Assembly (NCBI GenBank): GCA_951406725.2
Contig: OX597816.1
Coordinates: forward strand, 85,250,001 to 85,314,000
Length of the DNA stretch: 64,000 nucleotides
Source: Octopus vulgaris
Lineage: Eukaryota
Direction: 5' to 3'
A model generated the notes under the pieces. The model was not told where the DNA came from. It saw nothing but the letters and a program-made list of their open reading frames with translations, and did not search any database. This document shows, piece after piece, positions 26,965 through 40,489 of the stretch. Both the position numbers and the translations under genes were made by a program. The stretch's first letter is position 1, and each line of letters starts with the position of its first letter.

Positions 26965-27230
26965 ATAATTAATAATATCAGGGTAATAAAAATTATAGAA
27001 ATTTCTACTACCAGTGGCCTAGCGTAAAAAAAATTAGTCAATAGACTATATATTATTCATATAAAATACAGTGTACATTAAAACACATTAAGATACTTCC
27101 ATCCCAGGAACAATTACGCTAGAATGAACAGTTCAAGTCCAAGCCACTAATTAGGGATAAATTCTTGAAGGGAATGAAAAATAAAAACATTTACTATCTA
27201 ATTCCTGGACCATGGTTTCTGACATATTTT
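26965..27230. repeat. (TA)n-abutting repeat shared with 58305-58520 (probable Penelope terminal repeat)
   Basis: ACCAGTGGMCTAGCGT..AGTCAAYAGACTATATATTATTCAT..ATACAGTGTAC in both copies; minus-strand GAAACCATGGTC hammerhead half at ~27207-27218. Confidence 0.7.
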
Positions 27231-29457
27231 AGTAAATAAGAATTATAATAATTATAATAGCTCCAGTATTGCTAGAAATAAGAGCCAAAACAATAGCGAC
27301 AAAAGCACTATCTGAATGACTGACGAGAGAGGCAAGCTCCGTACGGCAGTAGATATAGCCAGAACATCGATGGTTTCGCATGTTGTTCCTCGTACGATTT
27401 CAACGGAAATCTAATAAAGTGATAAGGTGAGCAGAGTCTAGCCCTAGGCGCGTTGATTGCCGCTGATGACAATTAAGATGCGTAGACATCAATATGCGAA
27501 ATCATCGATGATCTGACTATATGTGTTTCAGTAAGGAGAGTGCCTCATTTGTCATTTATTAAGATATGGTATCTGTGGCTATTGAGTAATTTTGACTCTT
27601 ATTTCTAGCAATAATGTCTTTGATTAGTACTATTTGTCATTTTAGTGACATATATTTCTGCCTGACACTGATTTTTAGGCATACGTGTATTACCTAGAGA
27701 TTTATGCCTCGAAATACCTTTAGATATGTACATTTGAATTTGAAAGCTGACACTCAAAACATCTTAGCAAACAGCAATGTTGACAATGATTGTTTTATCA
27801 GAAAGTTATTGTTGATGGTGATTAGCCAAAGTTCGAACTTGCATCACTTTATTTACATATAGCCTAGTTTGATTTATATGAAAATTAGCTACTAATACAG
27901 ATAGGACGAAGTAATATATAGACGTGCATTTGTTAGCAACAATTGGTTTTGGTGTGTGATTATTTATTCGTTTATTTACTTCATTCTAGAAAAATATTTC
28001 TATTATAATTGCATTAGAAAACTAATACATTACAAATGCAAATATCAAATAAAGGAATTCAGCACAATCCACAATCAGATTGCAATTAGAATATAAATGC
28101 GAGATTTCATATTTTACTATCTATAAAATACTATACTGCTGAACAAAATAGAGTAATTGGGAAAAAAAAAAAGAGAATTATTTCGTTTCTGAAACGTTGC
28201 TAGAAACTTCTACAAACTACAGACGTGGCGGGCGTGAGGAGGGAGTTCGTGAGAAATGTTTCAAAATATGATAGATGGGCAAAATGTGTCAAAAGAGCAA
28301 ATAAATATTTATTTCAGTTCGTTCTCAGATTATAAATTATTTCGAGTTATTCTGTGCGTGACTGATGCATGCAAAAAAAAAAAAACGAATCATTTATTAA
28401 CATACATGTGCGCAGGCTTGTGTACGTGGATGCGTATATCGTAGATAGTGCATTGATTTGTGGTTATGTCTATAAATTTATATATGTATGTATATATGTA
28501 TGCATGTATGCATGCATGTATGTATGTACGTATGTATGAATGTATGTATGTATGTATGTATCTATCTATCTATCTATCTATCTATGAATATATATATATA
28601 TATATATATCATATATATAAATACCTTTATATATATGTAGAAGTGTCAGTATGTGTGTTTATATATCTAAGTATGTATATATATATATATATGCGCTTTT
28701 TATTACAAAAATGTTGATACTGTAAGAGTTGTTGTATGTATGTATACGTGTATGCATGTATTTATGTATGTATGTATATATCTATTTATCTGTCAATCTT
28801 TCTATCTCTCTATCTAACTAGCTATCTACATGCACATTCATATTTATATACATGAGTGTGGAAATATTCGTGTGTGCATGTACGCGCCTGCGAATTAGTG
28901 TTTGTGTGTGTGTGTTTGTGTGTGTGTGTATGTGCGTGTGTGTGTGTGTGTGTGTATGTGTGTGTGTGTATGAATATATGCATGTGTATATATCTCATAG
29001 ATAATCGGTAACGTGATCACCCAACAAGCTATAAATAAGTTTTAAATTCCCTAAGCATGACTGTTCCTTATCTTACTCACACCTACATCGCTCATATGAG
29101 AGCACATAATGTCACAAATAATTTATATTAAACACTTGCTTGTTAATGAATAACAGGCAAGCTCTCGTATACTTAAAAGTGCCTGAGTTTATACATATAA
29201 CTATGCGTATAATGCGCTAGTGTGTGCGTTTAGGTTTGTATGTGTGCTGTATGGGTTTTAGCGATAAATATTCGTGATTACATGTAGCTTATATGTATGT
29301 TCGTATACCACATAAAATTGTAGATACTCATCTGTATATTCATATACGGCTGTAATTATACTTCCTTTCTTTTACATACTTTACTTTCTATCTTTCTCTC
29401 AATTTCTATATTTATAGGGTATGTATGTGAGATTATATTCATGTATCCATCCATCCA

Positions 29458-29677
<220 letters not shown>

Positions 29678-30074
29678 AATATCAATCTATCTATCTTTAT
29701 ATCTGTAACTATCTATGTTTCTCTTTGTGAATGTGTGTGTGTATACGCGCGCGCGTGCACGCAAGTGTTTGTGTGTGTGTGTGTGTGTTTGCTTTAAATT
29801 CTAAGTTTGCAATCCTGTGTTGAAACAGATGTCACTGTATTTAGGGATTATCATCTTCGCCAATTATACATCCGCACTATCTATTTAATCTTCACTTAGC
29901 TATAGTTATTATTATTATTATCATCATCATTATTATTGTCGCTGTTGTTGTTGTTGTTATGAAAAAATATCGTATCTTTCGCAGCATTTATATCCTGTGA
30001 TGTATCCAATACTATTTCGTAATGGAGAGCGTGGTCGGCACATAAGTATGGAACATGCTCAACAGAGGCAAACG

Positions 30075-30155
30075 AAAGGCAAAGTCAACCTCGGCAGAAT
30101 TTGAACTCAGAATGTAAATACAGACGGTCATAATATACAAACATTTCGCATGGCA
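30075..30155 (-). mobile_element. SINE family A fragment
   Basis: GAAAGGCAAAGTCAACCTCGGCAGAATTTGAACTCAG. Confidence 0.7.
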
Positions 30156-30488
30156 CAAGTACACTGTTTACAGATGCTTACATTATTTATGTTTTCCTTG
30201 AATTTGTCACGGGTCCAGCTAGTTATATATTATTAGTTATTTGTCAATGTTCTCTCGTCTCATAATCTCTGACCTCTTCAGCGACCTCCTGTCCCTCACA
30301 TCTCCTTTTGTCCTGTTTCTTCCATTTGGTCTATTTGTAGTATGTATCACTATCTGCGCGTGCATTTACCTCTGTATCTGTGTGTGTCTATGTGTTTAGT
30401 TTAAGTGTATCTAGTGTGCGTGGATATAAAGTGGCTTTTAATTGGCTAAAGATGACCATTCCCAAATATAACTCTATGTATGTATGTG

Positions 30489-30536
<48 letters not shown>

Positions 30537-30891
30537 TATACTATCCGCACGTTAAATATATGTATGTATATATATATATATATACATACATATATATATG
30601 TATATATATATAGATATGTGTGTGTGTGTGTGTGTGTGTGTAATGTGCGAATAGTATCATAATGTTGCATTTGTAATTAGGCGGAAATGCAGTGAATGTG
30701 ATAGGGTTCAACACAAAAGTATTTAGCTGCGTAATTTAGTGAAAGCAAAAATTAAGATGAGAACAGCATTCCGACTAAAGTAAACACTCTATCTTTAGTT
30801 ACCGTTAGCAATAAATCATCCTTAATCCCAACAATTAATGAGAAGTCATACGGTTATGGGAGAATTATTAGCAACGATGGTGATGATGATG

Positions 30892-30966
<75 letters not shown>

Positions 30967-30967
<1 letters not shown>

Positions 30968-31960
30968 CTGTTTTTAGTTTTTAAGGCAGCTGAAAAGACA
31001 AACAGAAAGTCATACTACCTAACTAACAACTATGAAGAAAAATAAGAAACAACAAAAGCAGTAAAACATAAAATCCAAACTAAAACTAGAACACCAACAT
31101 ATAAAACGATGGCAAGAAAAGCCTCTTCATGGAAAATACTGGGCGAAACTAAACGCAAAAGAAATAGACAAAGCAAAATCCTAGTAATGGCCGAGAAGTT
31201 CAGGATTCAAAGCAGAGACTGAAGGATGTTTAATTGCAGCACAAGACCAAATTCTCCACACTAGAAATTACCCAAAAAACATATAATAAAAAGAAACGTA
31301 ACAAGTAACTGCAGAATCTGTGAAGATGGACAAGAAGCAATAGATAATACTGACTAAGAAGAAATATATTGACAGACACGACAGAGTTGGGATCTACATA
31401 CACTGGAAGCTATGCCAACACTATGGAATAACAACAGAAAATAAAGATGGTATAGTAACAATCTATAAAAGGTCACAGAAAACGAGAAAGCAACAATACT
31501 ATGGGATATGCCAATACGCACAGATAGAGGAATTAAGACCAATAGACCAGATATAGTTGACAGAGATCATGAAGAAAAACATGCTTTCTAATTGATCTAT
31601 CAATACCAACAGATGACAACGTTTCTCTAAAAGAAATGGAAAAACTTTCAAAATACAAAGACCTGGAAATAGAAGTAAGTCGAATGTGGAGACGAAAAAC
31701 AGAAACAATTCCTCTCATAGTAGGCACATTAGGTATTATAAAAATATTCAGACAAATACGTAACAAAAACACAAGGACTAACAAATATATATAACATACA
31801 GAAAATAGCACTCCTAGACACTGCAGACATCGTACGTAAACCACTTTCATTGCAGTAACCATAAGAGCATCACGGCAAGCCACAGCACAGTCCCAAGGCA
31901 CAGAGAGCTACGCTTGGCAGTGCAGTGAAAGCACGTTATGAAAATAAGACAACTGAATAA
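30967..31960 (+). mobile_element. Dong/R4-clade LINE 3' fragment (Zn knuckle plus RLE), same family as 43459-46292
   Basis: [44 protein letters not shown]; (TAA)n on both sides. Confidence 0.9.
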
Positions 31961-31994
31961 TAATGATAATAATAAAGAAAAGAGAAAAGAAAAA

Positions 31995-32200
31995 AGAAAA
32001 GAGTTTGGACGTGGACTTTTACAATTGGAATTAATAATGAAGACTGCCAAAATTGGCCTAGACACCTACCTGAAAAACTGTAATGACTGAATGTTTAAAC
32101 TTGTCTAGATGTTTAACCTTGTCTGGATATTTAAACTTGTCTCAAAGCATGAAAACAAGAAAGCATCATACTCAGTAACAAAAGAAGCAAAGGAATATCT
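31995..32200 (+). mobile_element. Dong/R4 LINE fragment (post-RT region), second family
   Basis: GRGLLQLELIMKTAKIGL..YL..KHENKKASYSVTKEAKEY; 18-bp triplication at ~32092-32141. Confidence 0.7.
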
Positions 32201-32238
32201 TTGAGTCAACTTGTACAAATATAATGCAAATGTCAAAC

Positions 32239-32316
<78 letters not shown>

Positions 32317-32317
<1 letters not shown>

Positions 32318-32830
32318 GTGAACTGAATAGAACGAGGTATGGCTACAAAATTGACAACAGGAAAATAAGCCATATATTTGGTATGGGTGATTTAAAACTA
32401 TATGGCAAATATGATGAAGAGCTTGAAGGACTACGACATACTGTGAAAGGATTCAGTGATGATTTCGGGATGAAGTTTGGCCTTGAAAAGTGTGCCAAAT
32501 CCACTTTTAAGAAACGGAAATTGGTAAAGTCAAGTTCAATCGAATTAGATGTCAAAACAGTAATAAAGGAACTTGAGCAGGAACAAACCTATAAATACCT
32601 AGGAATAAATAAAGGCTCTGGTATCCAGCATGCAAGCATGAAAGAGAAGGTTAGGAAGGAATGTTATAGAAGATTTCGAGCAATCCTAAAATCTGAGCTG
32701 AATGCATATAATAAGGTGTTAGCGATAAATTCCTTAGCAGTCCTAGTTGTTCTTTATAGCTTCAATGTGCTTAACTGGAATACCAGTGAAATAATGAAAA
32801 TTGCAAGAAAAATCCGCAAGCTACAGACGT
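32317..32830 (+). mobile_element. Dong/R4 LINE RT C-terminal fragment, second family
   Basis: ELNRTRYGYK..ISHIFGMGDLKLY, MKFGLEKC, YKYLGI, AINSLAV (ORF 32383..32832); preceded by (TAA)n. Confidence 0.9.
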
Positions 32831-35179
32831 GAAAGGAGAAGAAAAAATAAACAACTATGACCATTTGAAATGGGAAATATGAAGTTTGTGGCCAATGAGG
32901 AGAGTAGACTTGAAAGTCACCCAGTCTTCAAATATTCGCGATGACTTAGTGAAGTTAATAACAACCTATCTAAAGATCTGCAACGACACATTTCGATACA
33001 TCATAATATATATTGCCAACGCAACATAACAAACTATATCGGCAAAAATAATACTACCCTGTATGCTCGGGCGCACGCGAGAGAGACAGTTTCAGTAAAA
33101 TTTTAGTTTAAGTCAATTTCTGAACTGGTAATTTCCCAAAATAATCGAAAGAAGTTTGACTTTGCTATATTCTGTATAAATTACAAAGGTTTTTCTGTTA
33201 TTAATTCAACATTCAATAATTTGGAATGTAGTGTAAAGGTTTTTAGCAAAATTTTGTTTCAGAGAAATTAAGACTGTCTGTGGTTTTCTTTGTTTCGTCA
33301 CTAGCTTCTGAATTTAAATAGCTCCGAACGCCAAAGAGACGTTCATTATGCTTAGCAGGACACCAACATCGGATTTTTGCAGTCATATGAAAGATAAGGG
33401 GAATTGTAGAAGAATGGGTGCATTCGTCTAAGCTTCCACATTCAACAGATTAATAAGTGCTTATACATTATTTATTATGAGTTTATTTCCATATGGTGAG
33501 CATAGAAGTGATAGAGTAAACTGTTAACGTGATAACTGAATTGCACATCTAAAGAATACTTTTATATGATGTGTCAGTTTATCTGAAAAGATAAATCGTT
33601 AAGTAGGCACTGGTGATATTTAATACTTCAATGATATTTTCTTCATTGCAACAGGCGATCCTTACTTCAGTGCAATAGATTAGCTATACCGATCACCTTA
33701 TGACACAATAGAACCTGCTGTTGTGTAATATTTCGTGCTCTGGTCTATCTCCAGTTACATATATTAAAATGGTTCAATTGCAAATGGTAATTTGTTAATG
33801 TACGTCAGATTTATTGACTAAAAATTGATGTATCATATTTAGCTCTGAAACTAAATGTTCACTATACCTTCAAATTTGCTGTAAAAAATTATACGAGTAA
33901 TTATTGAAAAAGTAGACCAGACCAATAAGATATTATCAATTTAATGATAGACGTCTTTCATATTCACATGAAACAGGAAATTAATTTTAATAGTTCACAT
34001 TTTAAACTGGCACGAGCAATGTTGCGAACAGAAACAAGTGCAATCTGGAGAAGATGCAGAGCAGTTGTCCCTCGTGATTCTGATTCTAGGTTATGCCAAG
34101 TCTGAATTTTAACTATTTCCTTTTCGGGTTGGATCAATGCGTGTCACAGATAAAGGAACTACATTTAAAAACAATGGAAGAAACTTGGAAGAAAGTCTTG
34201 TGTGTAATTTCAATTCGCATGAATGGCTTTTATTTGCTTCGTTAAACCTTCCAATATCTGTGAAAGTAACGTCTCATATTTCTTTCTTTACTTAAAATAT
34301 AACTCATTCCTGTATTAGAAATAACAAAGCAATTATTTATTTGTAAGAAATTTAATGCAAAAAAGAAGCTACAGTCTAACATTTTTCACCATCAATTATT
34401 ATACGATTTCCAGGCGACGAACTGATGCGACAGAATGCCTTGCCATATATGTTCTGACACTCGGTGCTCTGAGTCCAAAGACATCCAAAGTCAACTTAGC
34501 CATTAATTTTTTTCGAAGATCTACAAAGAAATACCAATCCGAAAGCAGAGCAGAATACTTTGATGTATTCGCGTTCAGTGGGTTAGACTTAATTCCCTCT
34601 TGATTTAATCCCTACTCTCTATCTCTTTCTCTCTCACTCTCTTGTTTTTTCTCCTCGCCACCAGTCAAGGAGGTCGTATGAAGAATCAGGAGTATTGCTT
34701 TTCCCATCTGTTTGAAAAAGTGAAAAGCGTTCTGCCACCTCTGCATTCACTATTTTGAAAATAACTCATTAACGGTAATGATTTTGTTATGATATGATTG
34801 TAGTTCCAGCTGATTAGATGTTTTTATATTTTAAAAACGTGGCTCGACGTATACGAAATTGAATCTTTTAGTATATGTGATAATTTTGCAGACCGTGAAC
34901 TTAAAAAATATATTTTAGAAATTGAGTTTAATTTAAAAGTTGCAAGCGTTGTAAAGTTTTAGAATGTCATAAATCATAGTTCAGTCAATAAATTTAGTTA
35001 AATTTAATTAAATGCCAACATTAAAACATTTGGTTACGGCATAACTTTAAAATCTAAGAATCTCGGGTTTACATTCAGTGAATGAAGAACGTTTGCCGTT
35101 GCTTTACTTTTTCCTATAATGACGCTAACCTTTAGAAAGAAACTGTATACACATGTGAGTAAATGACATGATGCGTACG

Positions 35180-36000
35180 TGTGTGCTGTGCCTTTAGTAA
35201 TGTAATGTAATTCCCTACCGATAGATATTGATGTATCTATCTGCAGTGTACTTCAGACGGATTCCAATTTACCGTTCCACATAGCTCCACGGTTGTGTAA
35301 GAATTTGAGATCTGTTGTAACTTGCTAACTACGTACATGCTGCACATATCAGCAGTAAATAAAAATTGTTCCCGTTATTTGAAGGCATTTACTTTCCTGT
35401 AAAAGTAACGAGGGAAGCAAACTTGATTTGAACTTATATCGTGAAGAACCGGAGTAAGTACCCAACGAATTGTATCTCACACTTTAACACTAAATAGTCA
35501 ATATTCGCATCCCGTTATATAAAAACTAAAAGTATAAAATCTGGGTTATTCGATAAAATAATTGTATCCATCATTTGACAAATAATTTGCTCACTACAAG
35601 AGAGTGTTTCATTTTCATTTTATGGATTAAAATATTGTGTTTAGAGATCGAAACCGTGTTGCAGTAACGGATTATAATTTGAGTACTTCTTCCATTGCAA
35701 AGCTTAAGATATCCAACATTAAAAGCTATCCACCGATTGATAACCTATAGCTTTTTCATTTATTCATCTAAGTAGAACCAGTTATTGTTGTTCGTATACA
35801 CAAATGCCATCGGTTATATACAAATTGTTAAATTATTCCATGCTGTTTTCTCAGATCTTACCGATCTTTAAATCCTAAATATTTTGAGGTATATTTTCGT
35901 TTAGAATGAAAATGTTCCATGGACTTAGATACGAAGTAATCGATAGTTTTACTCCACTTTAAAAGGATTTGTTTCCTCTTTTGTGCTTAAGGGTATATTT
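35180..36000 (-). pseudogene. Decayed beta-1,4-galactosyl/N-acetylgalactosaminyltransferase (GT7, B4GALT/bre-4-like) relic
   Basis: Ordered motifs KLSITSYLSPW (35917-35949), TDGICVYEQQ (35785-35814), NR..FNVGYL (35706-35738), YN..QHGFDL (~35644-35676; cf. YDCFIFHDVDL), P*NENETLSCSEQ (35587-35625), FYRKVNAF (~35381-35404; cf. FxKVNGF). Confidence 0.55.
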
Positions 36001-36679
36001 GTACATCTGTGACTACAAAAGTTCTAAGGTTTAACTGCGAGAGAATTAGCTATATAACCTTTAGATATATGCCGTTATTTCTGTTATCTATTGTCGCATA
36101 TATTTTAGGATAAGTAACTTTAAAAAGAATTTCCGATCATCCAAAGGTACATATCGACCAACCAGTTTTCTATAATTCCTTCGTGATGCATTTGAAATGG
36201 ATGAAATAAGACTTAGCAAACAAACATATTGAAGATCATACATTGTGTTTCGACAGAGTTTCGTAAAATATAATTCCTAAAAGACTACCAACTTTTGGCA
36301 AAATACGAGAAAAATGTTGCATAAAATTGGCATTACAATCCAAAAGAAATCAAACCTGAAACAAAAAATAATAGGATATAGTATCTGATAAGAAATACTG
36401 AAGAAAATGCTTCGGGACAATTGTCGTGTGTAACTCAAAATTCAAGATTATTTGTGAAGTTTCAAATTCAGCGACGTAAATAGAAAGAAGAGTTTTCTGT
36501 TTCTAGTAGGGTTAGTGTTTTATTTTTTCTACATTTTACTTCGGATGGAAAACTAATGAAATATCGTCTGTGAGCAACGACTTTCTTATATAAACTATTA
36601 CTGATATGAATAAGAAAAAAATCAGGGTATTTAACATAATTGGTAGAAGATATATTTGCAATATTTCTATTTCCTCTAA

Positions 36680-36920
36680 AGGTGGCAAGCTGGTAGAATA
36701 TTAAGCACGTCGGACAAAATGCTTTGCGGCATTTTGCCACTCTTTCTAAGTTCAAATTTCGCCACTCTTTCTAAGTTCAAATTCCGTCGAAGTTGACTTT
36801 GCCTTTTATCATTTAAGGGGGCTATAAAATAAGTACTGATTGAACAGTGCAGTCGATGTCATCGATTTAACCCTTTCCTCTAAAATGGTAGCCTTGTGCC
36901 AAAATTTGAAACTAATATTT
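36680..36920 (+). mobile_element. SINE family A with 24-bp internal tandem duplication
   Basis: GCCACTCTTTCTAAGTTCAAATT twice at ~36737-36783; GTTGACTTTGCCTTTTATC core. Confidence 0.8.
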
Positions 36921-38674
36921 CTATCCCTTCAAAGATTCAATCACTCATAATGTGACTGACGTGTATATGATTATTCTATTTGGATATATCGCTTCCTGAC
37001 TGGATTCAACTAATTTAATGTCTAAAATATAATAACGGTTTTAGGACTAAAAGATCCCAGTTCGAACACAAACATGGGATACAGTGATATCTAGGAATAA
37101 GGCACATGACGATGATTGGGAACAAAGACTTCTAAAAGTCTTATGTGTGTGTGTGTCTGTGTGTGTATGCCAATATTGAAAATATACATACCCAGTATGT
37201 AATTAATATTATCGAAAATTGTAATCGTATTTTAGAGATAAATAAGAATATCAGTGGCAAATTATTTCATCGTTGTTAGTTTCTATATTTAGCATTAATA
37301 TTTGACTATCAGTTCTTATACTGTTGGTAGAAATAATAAAATAATAAAAATCTATACTTTGCAATGGCCACTTCCTCTTTGTGGCGTTGTGTAGGGATTT
37401 GTATCATTGTTTAACACTACAACATGGCTAATAGAAAACAGTAGCGGAATCTGTTAATCGCCAATATTCGGAATCTTCTTTTCAATCTGGTGTAAACTCA
37501 ATTTTACTTTGTTTCCTAAATCAGCGTTCCTTGAATTATGGTTGGTTTCTCTCTTGTACGAATGGCTGCTCTTTTCCGCCGACTAAATATCAAAAGAAAT
37601 TATCCCCTGTTCATCGACATTGTCATGTGTTGTATTACTTAGACCAATTTAAAATAATGCACTTTGAAAAATATAATTCAGAAGCAAATATTCTTCGTGG
37701 CATTTAGTTACGTGTTTTCAAAACTCGACACAAAATCTTGCCTGGGCTAACAAAAGTTTTACCAATAAAATAATTATCGGAAGTGTCGCTTCGAAGATTA
37801 ATAAAACATTAATCTTCACTTACAGTATGTTGTTTGCCACCAATATGAGACATTTCTAATTTTGTTGAAAATCTGGCAGACAATGTTAAACTCAGATGCA
37901 TGCCCGATATATTAGGATTTTTAGATGATTCAGCTTCTTTGCTTCAGATTACTTAATGTAGATTTTACAGTTCGCTTCCTTCACATTTCCTCCATCGGGT
38001 CCTTGTGTCAATTATAAGACATTATACATTTATTTATGAGACAAGAACAATAAGATTTCGGTCTAGTGAGGTTCGAAGTTTTATCATGATGTAAAAATAC
38101 AGGCACACATATATATGTGTGTGTGTGTGTGTTCGTGTGAGTATGCTTGAAATTGTACATACGTGAGAATATGTGTGTGTGTATCTGCAGAGTATGACAT
38201 TTTGTTTCTAATTAATTGTCTGTAGTGTATATTATTGATTCTTTTTATTGGCATTGTCACGAGTTAAATGAACCTGAGAAAACAACGAAAGTTAACTGAA
38301 AATATTTTCCACTTGTCTAAGGAGAAACCGGCTTGTTTCTCCCAAAGCAATAATTTATATTACTTATTATGGCGCAAACGAAAGAATATTCCTTTAAAGG
38401 CTGAAGAATTACGTATAATATATTTTTCCTGTTTGTACTTCACGCAAAAAACTATAAATCTGTACATGAATGTGGAAAAATATTTCTTGGATGCATCCTC
38501 GACAAGAAACAAACATCGCATTACAAACTAGCAATTTATTTATAACTCCCCTTACAAGAGGGAAATCCTACACCTTGTGGTTTTAAGATGAATCTGTGAA
38601 AGCCACAATAATTCATACCAAAAGCTTAATACGGCCCTGAAATATCCTAGTCAATATACTACTATCTTGGGTGA

Positions 38675-38862
38675 CTAATATTGTTTTAAATTTTGGCACA
38701 CGGCCAGCAATCCAGTGATGAGAGATACGTATTCTATCGACCCAGAATGCATAAAAGGTAAAGTTGACCTCGGCGGTATTTGAACTAAGAACTTAAAGAC
38801 AGACGCAATGCCGTTAATCAGTTTCTTTGGCGTGTTAAACATTCTGCCAGCTGACCCCTTCA
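38675..38862 (-). mobile_element. SINE family A
   Basis: AAAGGTAAAGTTGACCTCGGCGGTATTTGAAC...TTCTGCCAGC. Confidence 0.8.
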
Positions 38863-39209
38863 TCGGGCTCCTAATATTAACGTTTCAAAAGTCCTTTTCG
38901 TGATATAGCGTATGTTTTTATTATAAGTTACTCATTACTTTCTCTCTTCATTAGATTACTGACAAATTGCGTATTCTATGAATTTCTCTTCTGTGAAAGT
39001 TTATATTTCACTTCTGTAGCCACATTTTGAGTTTATAAATTTCAACAAATAAAATTAAAATAGAATGACAGCCGAAAAGTAAGTGATTCCGTTATCCAGA
39101 GTGTAACTGTGTATTATCCTGAGGCAATTGAAGATTTGATGGTATCACACCTTACGTAATCACATACGTACATAAATACATATAAATACTGGTACACGCA
39201 CAAACACAT

Positions 39210-39452
39210 ATTTGTTTCAAATTGTGACACAAGGTCAGCAGTTGCGAGGAAAGGGCTAAGCCGATTAAATCGACCCAAGTGCGCAACTAGTACGTATTTT
39301 ATCGACTTCGAAAGGATGAAAAACCAAAAAAAAAAAAAAGAAAGAAAAAGGAAAAAGACACCGACGGAATTTGAACTCAGAATGTAGAGACTGACGAAAT
39401 GCCGCGAAGCATTTCGCCCGGCGTGCTAATGATTCAGTCTGCTCGCTGCCTT
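39210..39452 (-). mobile_element. SINE family A with internal A-run expansion
   Basis: TTTATCGACTTCGAAAGGATGAAA...GGAATTTGAACTCAG...CATTTCGCCCGGCGTGCTAA. Confidence 0.85.
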
Positions 39453-40489
39453 GTACAAAATATTTCACGATGTATCAGACATGATGTCAGGCGTTATCTA
39501 TTTCACGTGTCACCATTTTGCATGTAACCAATAATTCCCATCAACTTAAAATCTGTCATTCAGTATTTCCTGGTCAATAGAATTATACTGATTCAGTGTG
39601 GCATTTGACAGCAATTACAACGTCGAACGTGTTACCTTCCGATATCTTTGCTTTCTGCACAGCAACATCTACGTTGATATTAGTTCCAATTTGTACCCAC
39701 CTTTTCTTTCTTTGTACATCATTTGCATGTAGCGGGGATACTTGTATTTATGGACAACTTGCATGCTTGTATGCCATAAGAAAAGAAGCCTTATACAAAT
39801 AGGAACCTTCGAGAGAAATTCCCAAGTGCAGAAACCTTTGCTTAGCAATGATCAAAGGTAGTTGTAGATAAGTTGAATTCTTTTGCATTAGGTTAAAATG
39901 CAACTTGATGAGAATTACTGCCAAATGTGTTGAAAAAAATATTCCATAGAAACATTTTTCTATACAAGTTAATTCTCTACAGATTATTTTCTGAGAAAAA
40001 ATGTAAGAAAAATATATATTTGTATTCATAGGGTTCTCCCTGCAGCAACCCTATCAATGCACACATTTAAAATCTAGAGGTCTGTGAATAGAAAATAACT
40101 CGCTATTATTCTTTATTGTTAGTAAGATAGTTAACGAGTAATTTCATATTTAGTTCATTTCTTGTTGGCTGTATGTGAAGAATAGAGAAAATAACCGCAT
40201 AAAATTGCAGATATTTCCTGTTAGATGTAGGTAACTAAAACTTTACATATTTATTTATTTCCATTTCTCGGGAGAGAAATTGGTTTGGATATATTTTTAT
40301 AGCAAACGTTCAGGTTTTCTGTTGCTATTAATCCTTAGTTAATGGAAGTTGCGTGTTCAGATACAGATCAACTGCACATTAACTCATGGCTTATATCTCA
40401 CGTTTTCCTTGCTCACATCGTTCATATACTATGAGCACACACACACACGCACACACATTCACACACACAAAATACATACATACATGATC

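Larger units (their letters stand above)
37649..39990 (-). pseudogene. Decayed Mab-21/cGLR relic, copy 2 (two segments split by SINE-containing sequence)
   Basis: Segment 39990-39490 follows a polypyrimidine-CAG acceptor: FLHLGISLEG, FDVVIAVKC, *PGNTE* (cf. WPxxxxEW). Segment 38020-37649, one frame: LTQGPDGGNVKEANCKIYIK*SEAKKL (cf. LVxxG-x10-WRISFSxAExKL), RACI*V*H, VKINVLLIFE, KHVTKCHEEYLLLNYIFQSALF (cf. LxxCLxxxxLPNYFIPxxNLF). Confidence 0.5.

Noticed and set aside
39510-39600. DQEILNDRF..LHAKW in an alternative frame, resembling the GT8 DQDILN motif
   Set aside because: Isolated motif in a stop-rich frame; the Mab-21 reading explains more ordered motifs.
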